Assembly (NCBI GenBank): GCA_048887225.1
Contig: JBHLJY010000001.1
Span: 160,001-224,000 of the forward strand
DNA length: 64,000 nt
Direction of reading: 5' to 3'
From: Candidatus Hodarchaeota archaeon
Lineage (GTDB): Archaea > Asgardarchaeota > Lokiarchaeia > Sigyniarchaeales > SOKP01
In this document: in pieces, positions 7,360 through 16,119 of the stretch
Position numbering within the stretch: position 1 is the first letter of the stretch
How the letters are laid out: each line of letters starts with the position of its first letter
Translations under genes and position numbers: made by a program
The notes under the pieces: generated by a model
The model's database searches: none
The model's input: the letters and a program-made list of their open reading frames with translations, nothing else
What the model was told of the DNA's origin: nothing

Positions 7360-9705
7360 CTAATGGCACATTCTCTTCAAGAGAGTGGGATCAATTATCT
7401 CTGTTGGTTTCCATCCTTTTTTCTTCAAATATTCCTGAATTTCTGTTTTTAAATTAATTGGAATATCAGCTTCGAGTCGTATAAATTTGTCCAAATCCTC
7501 TGGAAAATCAACACCTTTATATTTTCGCTCGAGGTCAATCCAGTGGGACAGCTTTATCATTCTGCCTTTTGAGTTATCAGCAGGCCTTAATGCCAGTTTT
7601 GCAACCATACAAATAGCATCTTCAATTGTTTCTACAGTTGTTAGTAAGTGTTCTGGACAGGGACCTACCACATGATCAGGAGTTGCATCTCTTGCATTCC
7701 AGACTTTCCATGTATCCTCGTCGTCAGTTCTACCTATGTATAGTCGACGATACTCTGCACAGTGTGGACCAACAATTGCAGGTACACCTAAACCGTTTGC
7801 CATGCTCGCAATGCTCGCTGCTTTTTGAGAATAAGCACCCCACGCGACGCCAACAGCACCGACCCTGTTTAATATATAATCTGCGATTTCTTCAAAATTT
7901 CCTCTCAAAGGTCGGCGAGCGAAAATATTTGGAACTTTACATGCGGCTCCGGCAATGTGAGTATTTGCAACACAAGAACCAACATTCACTAAACCACCCC
8001 TATCAAAATCTCCAGGAAATCTATCATATAAAGTTTTTCCTTCTTCATCTTTTACAAGTCCAATATCCATAGCTCCACAACCAGATACACACACGATATA
8101 ATTTCTTATGAGAAATTCTTCTGCCATTTTATATAATTCTTGAATCTCGTGAGAATAATTAGAGCATCCAATAATTGCAACAATCCCAGGGATCTCGCCT
8201 AAGACGATAGGAGCGCCAACATTCCTTATTTCACTATCTTGAATGGGTCCGCGTCCTGCTCTACAGTTGAATTTTTCATTCTTTATTTTTTCTCTTGCTG
8301 CATAGAGTATTAGTGTAAATGGAGAAACATCCTTCATACAATCTTCTTCACATCGACCACACCCTACACATTCATCAAAAACACCTGTCATTAAGGTAAA
8401 GTCTCCATCTTTTACCATTGCTACACCATCAACAAGTGGCAAGTCATTTGGACAATTTCTCTGGCAATTACCACATCCATTACATCGATAAGCCATATCA
8501 ATGCAACCTTGTTCATCTGGTATGCTACTTTTAGCCTTTCTTATTGGTCTTACCTTTACAGCTGTTTCGGCAGCCACTATTCCAGCTTTGACAGGATTCA
8601 ATATTAAGACACCAGTCATTTTGCCGCTAACTAGATCATCTACAATATCTTCTACAGAATCATTAGTTCTATCTGGTAACCCACACATTATTTTCTCATT
8701 TGTGGCAATAAAAGGAGCACCTATTTTTTGAGCCTCCTCATAATCTCGTAAGTTTACACATTGTTCATCAATCATCACGACATCAGGAATGCCTGAGCGA
8801 ATAAACATCAATTGTCTTGATATAGAACCTACGATTTTCGCTCCACTGTAATATCGGGTTAAATCATGAGCAGTACAACAAATTGCAACAGCTTCAACTT
8901 TATTTTCATATCCTTTTTCTCTAATTGAATCGACTAATTCTACGCCAGCTGCGACATTATGTCCGACCATTAAAACTATAGCTTTATTATCACTATCAAC
9001 TGTACCCATTCCTAATTCAACAATTGGAACTTCAGGTTCACCGATAGGAAATCCGAAAGCACACATCTGAACAGCGTCAGAAATTTCCATACCAATCGCA
9101 TCTGCTATACCTGCTAAAAACGCTTTAGATTCATAATCTAAATTGTTTGCTTCTTGTCCTGTATGACCGGCTGCTAGTAGGTGCGTTATGGTATGCTCCA
9201 CATACTCCATTGCGGTTTCTAAATCCTCTAAGTTTTCTGGCTTCATTCCGACCATGAGTCGTGTTAAAGGCATATTTACGGCAATATTCATTCCATAATC
9301 GATAGGCACATTTCCATATTTTTCCTTTAACCAATGTAAAAGATGACCGCCATGAGCGCTATGACAAGCAGCTCCAATACAGCATGCGATCTCTACAATC
9401 TTCGCCATATGACCTTCCATATTGATCCCACAAGCACCTTTTCTGCCTTTTGAGAGATTACACTTGCCAAATGTGCAAAGGCAGCACATATCGCATATCG
9501 GCATATAGTAAGGTTTGTATCTTTCCATTAATTTAAAAAACCAGTCTCGTAGAGTTGAGATGCTAGGCATAGGATGAGGACCCATAGGCTCCCATTCGGC
9601 TTCATCTCCCCAACTTACTTTACCAGTTGTCAGTTCGAAGCCTTTAATCGAACCCATTGGACCTTTATACTCGTCTATCTTAATTTTTGCACCTTTCTTA
9701 CTCAT
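7360..9705 (-). CDS. cdhA: Archaeal CO dehydrogenase/acetyl-CoA synthase complex alpha subunit
   Basis: CDMCCLCTFGKC/GACG B- and D-cluster ligands; C-cluster GHN, ICCT, DEQC, GCSN, GCGAM, GSCV; two ferredoxin motifs CNGCGNCQRNCP and CVGCGRCEEDC; WGAYSQKA. Confidence 0.97.
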   Translation of the reverse strand: MSKKGAKIKIDEYKGPMGSIKGFELTTGKVSWGDEAEWEPMGPHPMPSISTLRDWFFKLMERYKPYYMPICDMCCLCTFGKCNLSKGRKGACGINMEGHMAKIVEIACCIGAACHSAHGGHLLHWLKEKYGNVPIDYGMNIAVNMPLTRLMVGMKPENLEDLETAMEYVEHTITHLLAAGHTGQEANNLDYESKAFLAGIADAIGMEISDAVQMCAFGFPIGEPEVPIVELGMGTVDSDNKAIVLMVGHNVAAGVELVDSIREKGYENKVEAVAICCTAHDLTRYYSGAKIVGSISRQLMFIRSGIPDVVMIDEQCVNLRDYEEAQKIGAPFIATNEKIMCGLPDRTNDSVEDIVDDLVSGKMTGVLILNPVKAGIVAAETAVKVRPIRKAKSSIPDEQGCIDMAYRCNGCGNCQRNCPNDLPLVDGVAMVKDGDFTLMTGVFDECVGCGRCEEDCMKDVSPFTLILYAAREKIKNEKFNCRAGRGPIQDSEIRNVGAPIVLGEIPGIVAIIGCSNYSHEIQELYKMAEEFLIRNYIVCVSGCGAMDIGLVKDEEGKTLYDRFPGDFDRGGLVNVGSCVANTHIAGAACKVPNIFARRPLRGNFEEIADYILNRVGAVGVAWGAYSQKAASIASMANGLGVPAIVGPHCAEYRRLYIGRTDDEDTWKVWNARDATPDHVVGPCPEHLLTTVETIEDAICMVAKLALRPADNSKGRMIKLSHWIDLERKYKGVDFPEDLDKFIRLEADIPINLKTEIQEYLKKKGWKPTEIIDPTLLKRMCH

Positions 9706-9993
9706 TTTTACATCAATTTTTTAAATTTTATTTGTAAAGAAAGATAATAATAATTAGTTTTATCTTTGTTTTTATTTTAAATTTTATAATCCATGGAATC
9801 TATACCTTACCAGAATTTAATAATTAATGCTTATATTCCAAAACTGAAATTAGAAAATTGATTAGAGGAAAAAAGTGTGAAATTTCACTCTATGCCAAAT
9901 TTCATTTAGTTTAATTAAAAATAATAGGGAGAATAATTAGAGAAAAATAATTTAATTGACAAAAGAGAGTACATTAGATTTTAATAATCCAAC

Positions 9994-10599
9994 TTATAAA
10001 TTATATCTTTCCACATAACTTTCAATAGGGCCAGATTTTATCTCTTTATCAGTGTCTTCTAAGCTAAACTCATCAACTAACATATCAAATCTGAAGATAC
10101 AAGCTTCATCGTTTTTTAGAAAACATTGAACCTCTTGTCCATCCACATCAATTTCTAATTGTTCCAATACGCCGTTAAAAATACCTTGATAAAGGATGCA
10201 TATGTTTTTTGCCATGATATTATCTTTTTCTTGGTCAGATATTGGTTCTTCGACAGAAATCAATATTTTATCTTTTAAAAAGAGAGTTGTTAAAATTCCA
10301 TATCCAAGATGTTCGAATGTTTCTAGAACGCTAAGGATAACTTCTTTTTTAATGGTCATAGTTTCGTCGGCCCAATTTTCGTTAGGAAATAATTTTTCCA
10401 AAAAGTATTTTGCTAATGTTTTTCCAACCCATATGACAATATCTTCTGAGTTTGCTCCCGCAAACTCTGAAAATTCGATTATATCTATTGGTCTCAACAT
10501 TAATAATCTTAGATCCTTTTCACCTAAGAAAAGGTGTCCCAAGCTATCATCGACATTTATTAGATCGTCTTTCTTAGATTTTTTTATTCTCTTAGACAT
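9994..10599 (-). CDS. V4R-domain protein (V4R/Bet3-TRAPP/H-NOX fold)
   Basis: LGYG, ICILYQGIFNGVLE, EVQCFLKNDEACIFRF (C..E..C..C V4R signature). Confidence 0.8.
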   Translation of the reverse strand: MSKRIKKSKKDDLINVDDSLGHLFLGEKDLRLLMLRPIDIIEFSEFAGANSEDIVIWVGKTLAKYFLEKLFPNENWADETMTIKKEVILSVLETFEHLGYGILTTLFLKDKILISVEEPISDQEKDNIMAKNICILYQGIFNGVLEQLEIDVDGQEVQCFLKNDEACIFRFDMLVDEFSLEDTDKEIKSGPIESYVERYNL

Positions 10600-10699
10600 A
10601 AATGATCTCTCTCAAACTATTTTATTCAATAATTATTATTTATCTCCTTAAGAATTTAACTTTTTTTTAAAAAAGATTTTATAAGATTTTATCAGGAGA

Positions 10700-11731
10700 C
10701 TAAATTAAATCAAAAATTGTTTCAATAGCGGTATCGATATTGAAATTAGTTTTAACTGATGTAAAAAATAAAATCCATTCTCTATTTTTAATTTTTTGAA
10801 ATTCAAAATAATCAATAATTTCCTTTTTAAGTCTATTATATTGCTCGTCATTAGTTTCAACGGATTGATCAAGTAAATCGATTTTATTGACTAAAATCAA
10901 TATAGGAATTCCAAATAAATCGTATCTATTTATAATTTTCCAGAATTCTTTTTTTGATTCCTCAAATCTAATTTGATTTGCAACATCAATCATAAATACA
11001 ATGATATTAGAATCTTGAAGTCCTAATAACCATTTGTTTCTAAATGAGCGTTGCCCTGGCATGTCCCAAAAAGCTAAAAATCCTCTACTGTTCTCTTGAT
11101 AATATTCAATATTAAATTTTTTTGTAGGAAGAAAGTAATTATCGTTGAATTTTCCCGTCTTAATTCTTCTTACTAACGAAGACTTTCCAGCATCATCAAT
11201 TCCAAACAAAAACACTTTAATAAATGTTTCCTGATAATGAAATCTAATTTCAGGATGTCTCTCCACGTATTCTTCTCCGTATCTACGAATGTCAATAAAA
11301 ATGGTAATTAGGAGATTTTCGATTTCAATTTCGTCTTTGAACATACAAATTTTCTCGATATTTAATATCTCGTTTAGTGTTTCTTCAAAAATCTCTTTAA
11401 AATCGTATGGATTATCTTCTTTATCAAAAATTAATCCAATGATAATTTTATCATTAATACAAGTTGTATAAATATTAAGATCACCTAATATTTGAGGAAC
11501 GGGAGTATCAATTAAATAATGATAAGTATTGTTGTTATTAATGTGAGATTTACTTTTCGATTTACGCGTTCTATATCTATGGATAAGATCACCGTGATCG
11601 TGCCCATAAATTATTTTACTGATTTGATCTGTATCATCTATAGTAATAATATCATTTGGATAACTGTAAATGTTTAGTTGATCCAAATCGTGAAAGTTTT
11701 TACCTTTAAAAAGAAAAATATTTTTTAACAA
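10700..11731 (-). CDS. Small Arf-like GTPase with N-terminal longin-like extension
   Basis: G1 GIDDAGKS, G2 PTKKF, G3 WDMPGQ, G4 NKID, G5 TSVK in the C-terminal ~175 aa; N-terminal YTTCINDKIIIGLIFDKEDNP..FKEIF resembles longin strands and helix. Confidence 0.8.
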   Translation of the reverse strand: MLKNIFLFKGKNFHDLDQLNIYSYPNDIITIDDTDQISKIIYGHDHGDLIHRYRTRKSKSKSHINNNNTYHYLIDTPVPQILGDLNIYTTCINDKIIIGLIFDKEDNPYDFKEIFEETLNEILNIEKICMFKDEIEIENLLITIFIDIRRYGEEYVERHPEIRFHYQETFIKVFLFGIDDAGKSSLVRRIKTGKFNDNYFLPTKKFNIEYYQENSRGFLAFWDMPGQRSFRNKWLLGLQDSNIIVFMIDVANQIRFEESKKEFWKIINRYDLFGIPILILVNKIDLLDQSVETNDEQYNRLKKEIIDYFEFQKIKNREWILFFTSVKTNFNIDTAIETIFDLI

Positions 11732-11961
11732 TTAGTCTTCAAAAAGATTAATTTCGTTAAGTTTGTAAATAAAAAATGATTAAAAAAAGTTTTGAATAAG
11801 AATTCTTATAATATGTTTAATCTTAATCGAGATATCTTCGTGGATTTCTTTCAATTTAAATTTTTCGTTTTTATTTTTTAAACAAGTTGATTTTCGTTTT
11901 TATCTTATTCATTATTCTCAGAGGATTTGGAGGATTTTGGGTATCTGTCTTATTAATTACC

Positions 11962-13389
11962 TCATAAGAGATTAGGAGTATCTTTATCCTCCTCTGATTT
12001 GTCTTTTTCTTTCTCTGGTTTATCTCTCTCTTCTTCTGGTTTATCTCTCTCTTCTTCTGGTTTATCTTCTGGTGGTGGACTTGGCGTTGTGGGTACTTTA
12101 GCTCCCACAGGTGTCCCACAAATAGGACATTCTGACCAACCTTTCCGAAGGCTATAACTACATTTTGAACATTCCAATAGATCTTGATCTGGTTCCCATT
12201 CTGGGATATCTAATCCCCCGCCTTGTCTTTTACGGGCTAATTCCTGCAATTCTTCTTCTGTCCACATTTCCATACCTTCGGGTATTCCGTCACCTCTTTC
12301 TTCAGCCATTTTCTTCAGATCTTCTTCTGTCCACGTTTCCATTCCTGGAGGAACCCCTCCTCTTTTTTGAGATTCCTCAGCTAGTTCTTCCGCAGTCCAA
12401 GATTTTAATTCTTGATTACCTAGTGTTCTTATGGCTCCTGTTGGCTGCGAAGGTTGGATTGCATCTGCTTTTTTAGAAGATGGTGCTTCGCAACACGCGG
12501 CTGAGAATTTAATTATTGCCTCAAAACATCTTGTGTATCTATCTGAATCCTTTCCTTCGTCAACAACTAAAACTAAAGATGTTCTATCGTTAATAAGCGG
12601 AATCGCAATACTGCATACTGAAATATTCGATTCAACGCGTTTTGATTCTATTCCACTTCGTACTTTCTCCATTGTCGCTAATAGATCTTTTTTATTCATT
12701 AAAAAATCGCATATCGGTTCCCCATGTCTTTGATACCCCTCGTGATATTTTGCCAATTGGCTACTGATCGTTCTAGTATCCAAAGCTTTAATGACTGCAC
12801 TGACATACGAATAAATTTGAGATTTAGAACCTTTTTGAGACTCATCTAATTTATACCCTCCTAAATCAAGCTCACCCATAAAAGGGGCAAATAAAGGTTC
12901 TGCTTGTTTCATTTTACCGTAAATAGTTGTCCGTGAAATTACACAATTGATTTCTCCATAATAAGCAATGGCCTTATCGAAAAAATTAATTTTCTTTTTA
13001 TCAATTACTATGCGAGGGATGTTCCTAAATAATATTTCCATCCAAGGCATTTCTTTTACAGGTATTATAGCTACACATATTTTTTCAATTAATTCGCGTA
13101 GTTTTTTCGAATAATCTGTAAACATTTGTTTCAAATCTTTATAATTTTCCTTGTATTCTTCATCCTCTAATTTTTTCTCTGCTCCTTCTAAGAAGCCTTC
13201 AAATTTTTCTTTATTTTTTTTAAGATTTCCTCCTAATTTCTTGACTTCACCAATAATATTATCTTTTAAAATTAAAGTCGCTTGTTCAATCAAGTCATTC
13301 TGAAATTCTGTAAGTTCCGTATCTAAATACTCAGATACGTCAAATTGAAGATTATCCACAAATTTTTCAAATAGTTCTTGCTCTGCCAA
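11962..13389 (-). CDS. Hypothetical protein with three WTxEEL repeats, a zinc ribbon and an acidic/Pro-rich tail
   Basis: 475-aa ORF with TTG start; WTAEEL/WTEEDL/WTEEEL; CSKC..CPIC. Confidence 0.8.
   Translation of the reverse strand: MAEQELFEKFVDNLQFDVSEYLDTELTEFQNDLIEQATLILKDNIIGEVKKLGGNLKKNKEKFEGFLEGAEKKLEDEEYKENYKDLKQMFTDYSKKLRELIEKICVAIIPVKEMPWMEILFRNIPRIVIDKKKINFFDKAIAYYGEINCVISRTTIYGKMKQAEPLFAPFMGELDLGGYKLDESQKGSKSQIYSYVSAVIKALDTRTISSQLAKYHEGYQRHGEPICDFLMNKKDLLATMEKVRSGIESKRVESNISVCSIAIPLINDRTSLVLVVDEGKDSDRYTRCFEAIIKFSAACCEAPSSKKADAIQPSQPTGAIRTLGNQELKSWTAEELAEESQKRGGVPPGMETWTEEDLKKMAEERGDGIPEGMEMWTEEELQELARKRQGGGLDIPEWEPDQDLLECSKCSYSLRKGWSECPICGTPVGAKVPTTPSPPPEDKPEEERDKPEEERDKPEKEKDKSEEDKDTPNLL
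12014..12067. repeat. 21-bp coding tandem repeat, about 2.5 copies (TCTGGTTTATCTCTCTCTTCT), encoding DKPEEER
   Basis: Exact units start at 12014 and 12035, partial unit at 12056. Confidence 0.9.
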
Positions 13390-14113
13390 TTACATTACCA
13401 ATTTTAATTAAATAATTTTTTTTTCTAATTACTTATAATTATATCAACGAGAAGTATATAAAAATTTAATTGAATAAAGTTTAGGTTTAAGCAATTTAAT
13501 ATCCTTAGAATTTCTAGACTTAATTGCAAATTTATGGATTATTTCTATCTTTAAATTTTTAAAAAATAGGATTTTGTTCCAATTTTGTCCTATCATTACG
13601 AAAAAGCTTTTTCAAGATATTAAATTGTTTTGATGGAGATTTCCGATAAATATTTTGATTAAAATTTAGAAAAATAATTTCCCAAATTTAGATGTTCATT
13701 TTTTTCGAAATATTTTAAAAAAATTTCATCTTATTATTTGATTCGATTGGATATAATCAATATTGTATTTAATAATTACTAATATTTATAGAAAAAAGTT
13801 TAAAAATCGAACAACGGTTTAAATTTGAGGAGAAGAGAATCTTTTTAAAAAAATTAATCCAGTAATAAAAGTCTTTTATAAGAGAAAACATATTTAGGGG
13901 AAAACATAAAAATTCATATTAATCAGACAAAGATAAACATTTAAATATAATTTTATAATAAATTATAATATAAAAAAAAATCAAAATTCATAAGGCGGTT
14001 GGATATAAGCAACAATTAATGTCATTTAGTTCCATTAATGTATCATCAAAAACTTGATAGGTGCATATGGGCTATTATCATCGATTGTAGCGATAAAAAA
14101 AAGGTGTTATGAA

Positions 14114-14416
14114 ATGAAAATTGTGACGGTAAATGTACCAGAATCATACATAGATGCCATTGAAAAGTTAATTGGAGAAAATGGCCTTTACCCTTCTAGA
14201 TCTGAATTAATAAGATGTGCTGTTCGTGAATTTCTTTTAAAGGAACTAAGGATGGCAAAAAAAATGACAAAATATAATGAACCTGAAATTGACGATTTTG
14301 ACAGCGAACATTTCGTAAGAATTCCAATAGAAAGTAAGAATAAAGACGAACCTGTGCGCACTTTTAAGACATATAAAATTCTCAGAAGACTCGAAATTGA
14401 AAATTCTCAAAATTAA
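14114..14416 (+). CDS. Ribbon-helix-helix (CopG/Arc/MetJ) transcription regulator with C-terminal extension
   Basis: MKIVTVNVPESYIDAIEKL..YPSRSELIRCAVREFL; ATG 14114 preferred over the track's 14054 because AGGTG lies at 14102-14106. Confidence 0.85.
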   Translation: MKIVTVNVPESYIDAIEKLIGENGLYPSRSELIRCAVREFLLKELRMAKKMTKYNEPEIDDFDSEHFVRIPIESKNKDEPVRTFKTYKILRRLEIENSQN

Positions 14417-14457
14417 GACATTTTTATTAAAAAATATATAAGAATTGGGATCATTTA

Positions 14458-14490
14458 GGGAGTTACCTCCCACCTCTTTTTATTTTTTTT
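14458..14490 (+). terminator. Short hairpin GGGAG-TTAC-CTCCC followed by T-tracts, downstream of the RHH gene
   Basis: 5-bp GC-rich stem, 4-nt loop, then CTTTTTATTTTTTTT. Confidence 0.45.
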
Positions 14491-14706
14491 GAAAAAATTA
14501 AAAAAATTTTCATTTTTTATCTTAATTTTATCTCAAAGTAGAAAATTTTTCATTATTATATATCATTTGTTTACATGGGTTTGTACACAAATCATAACAG
14601 ATTATCAATTTTTATCAAAAATTAATAGACTAATATTTATAAAAAACAATTACTAAATTAATTCAAATAATGTAATTAAAACAGAGAATATTGATAAAAA
14701 GAGTGG

Positions 14707-15984
14707 TTGATTATTTCGGCTAAAAAAGAATGGTCTGCTCAAGGGGGGTTTAAACCTAAATTTATGGAATGGGGGATTATTAACAAAGAAAATTTCAAAT
14801 CTGCTTACGATGTTCCGATAAAGAGATGGGATCCATTATCTACTGTTAGCATTAGTACAAAAGATTTTGGTCTCCGAAAAGAACGTGTAAGGTACTATGG
14901 GCATTATTCATATTTATCTCCTATTCGTGGTAAAAGGCCTAAAGGTTTTAAAAAAGGAGAAAACCTCTATGAGCGCCAAGATTATATAGATTATCCAATC
15001 ACCGATGTTAAAGATACATTTATGAGTATTACAGAAGGAAAACTAATGTATTATGATGATGGAACACCGATAGGAGATGGATATACGATTATTATTACTG
15101 AAGATGAAAAAAAGAGAGATTCTCCTTTTTTAGAAATACCTCATAAAATTGAAAAAATTGCTGAATCTTGTAAAGCAATTACTTTAATAAATCGATATCC
15201 TTCAATGGCTCGTGTTGTAGATCCCGATATTAAAACTTCAATGGAAAAAATTTTACCCGCACATTTAAAACTTGCAGTGGGCATAAATTTGGTATCTATT
15301 TCAAGACATTTTTATCCTTCGTTAAATTTCAATTTAATTCCAGAAGATGTATTAGCAGGCATTTTTTTTTCTATGAAAGCTGCGATACTTTATTCAGTTC
15401 AAGAGGCAATAGAGAGAGATTATTACGATATTCCTGTTTCACCATTTTTCAATATAGGAATAAAAGCTGGTGGATCACAACCCCGAATCCATGGTCAAAT
15501 ATATATTGATTTGAATATGGACGGTCATGGTTCACGGTTGGAAGGATATCTTAGAGCTTTTAAAGAGATGGGAGAGCGTTGTCATCTTTGCGTAACTACC
15601 CATGGAGATAGTGATCGTATTATATTAAAAACTACATATTGGACTTTTTATACTACGGGAAGTCCTGTAAGGAATTATCATATAAGATTTCATCCAACAG
15701 AGCATATTAGAAGATTTAGTCAATTAAATGTTAACCAATTACTCGATTTGGCATTATCTCTAAAAATTATATTTAAAGCATTGGACAATATTGAAATTGA
15801 TAAAAATCGAAATATTTTATTTAATTGTTGTCCTTATGGATACGATGCCAATTTTCACTTGTTTGGTGATATTATCCCTCATGAAATTATAGGTGGTGCT
15901 GAGATGGCTGATGATATGCGTGTTGCGAGAAAATTGCCTCATGAAGCAGCTGAAGAAATAAGAAATGCTATTTCGTCTTTATAA
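14707..15984 (+). CDS. GalT/HIT-superfamily nucleotidyltransferase (galactose-1-P uridylyltransferase / ADP-glucose phosphorylase-like)
   Basis: INRYP, FFNIGIKAGGSQPRIHGQI (cf. FxNxGxxAGxSxxHxHxQI), CHLC, FHL, GGAEMA. Confidence 0.75.
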   Translation: MIISAKKEWSAQGGFKPKFMEWGIINKENFKSAYDVPIKRWDPLSTVSISTKDFGLRKERVRYYGHYSYLSPIRGKRPKGFKKGENLYERQDYIDYPITDVKDTFMSITEGKLMYYDDGTPIGDGYTIIITEDEKKRDSPFLEIPHKIEKIAESCKAITLINRYPSMARVVDPDIKTSMEKILPAHLKLAVGINLVSISRHFYPSLNFNLIPEDVLAGIFFSMKAAILYSVQEAIERDYYDIPVSPFFNIGIKAGGSQPRIHGQIYIDLNMDGHGSRLEGYLRAFKEMGERCHLCVTTHGDSDRIILKTTYWTFYTTGSPVRNYHIRFHPTEHIRRFSQLNVNQLLDLALSLKIIFKALDNIEIDKNRNILFNCCPYGYDANFHLFGDIIPHEIIGGAEMADDMRVARKLPHEAAEEIRNAISSL

Positions 15985-16119
15985 TTTGAAAAATAAGCAT
16001 TTAATCATTAGATTTTAAATTTTTTTGAATTTTTTTTAATGGTTTAAATCAATTAAAAATAATAGATTTAAATCAGTTGATTTTATTATATTAATATAAA
16101 ATAGAGATCGTTTTCAATA

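Noticed and set aside
7330-7362. Pyrrolysine read-through of the cdhA TAG
   Set aside because: The protein is already complete (IDPTLL C-terminal motif) and the TAG is followed by a T-rich terminator-like tract
3294-9705. Methanogenesis inferred from MtrH-like + CdhA
   Set aside because: No mcr or membrane mtrA-G genes in the window; both genes occur in non-methanogenic Wood-Ljungdahl archaea
9877-9888. CRP/CooA-type site upstream of cdhA (palindrome GTGAAATTTCAC)
   Set aside because: Half-site spacing does not match TGTGA-N6-TCACA and the core is AT-only; it may still be an operator but is unsupported
12014-12067. CRISPR-like or regulatory repeat
   Set aside because: Head-to-tail 21-bp units without spacers, inside a coding low-complexity tail; no cas genes
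11871-12119. 82-aa ORF with KINQKKRE repeats
   Set aside because: Alternative-frame reading of the same 21-bp repeat, overlapping the 475-aa gene
12190-12400. Myb/SANT domain suggested by WTEEE
   Set aside because: The repeat period is 22-23 aa with one Trp, not ~52 aa with three spaced Trp and a helix-turn-helix
13390-14113. Replication origin or ncRNA in the ~720-nt AT-rich spacer
   Set aside because: No ORB-like repeats with G-strings, no cdc6/orc1 neighbour, no GC-rich structured segment; GAAAAAGCTTTTTC (13600-13613) is mostly homopolymer and expected by chance
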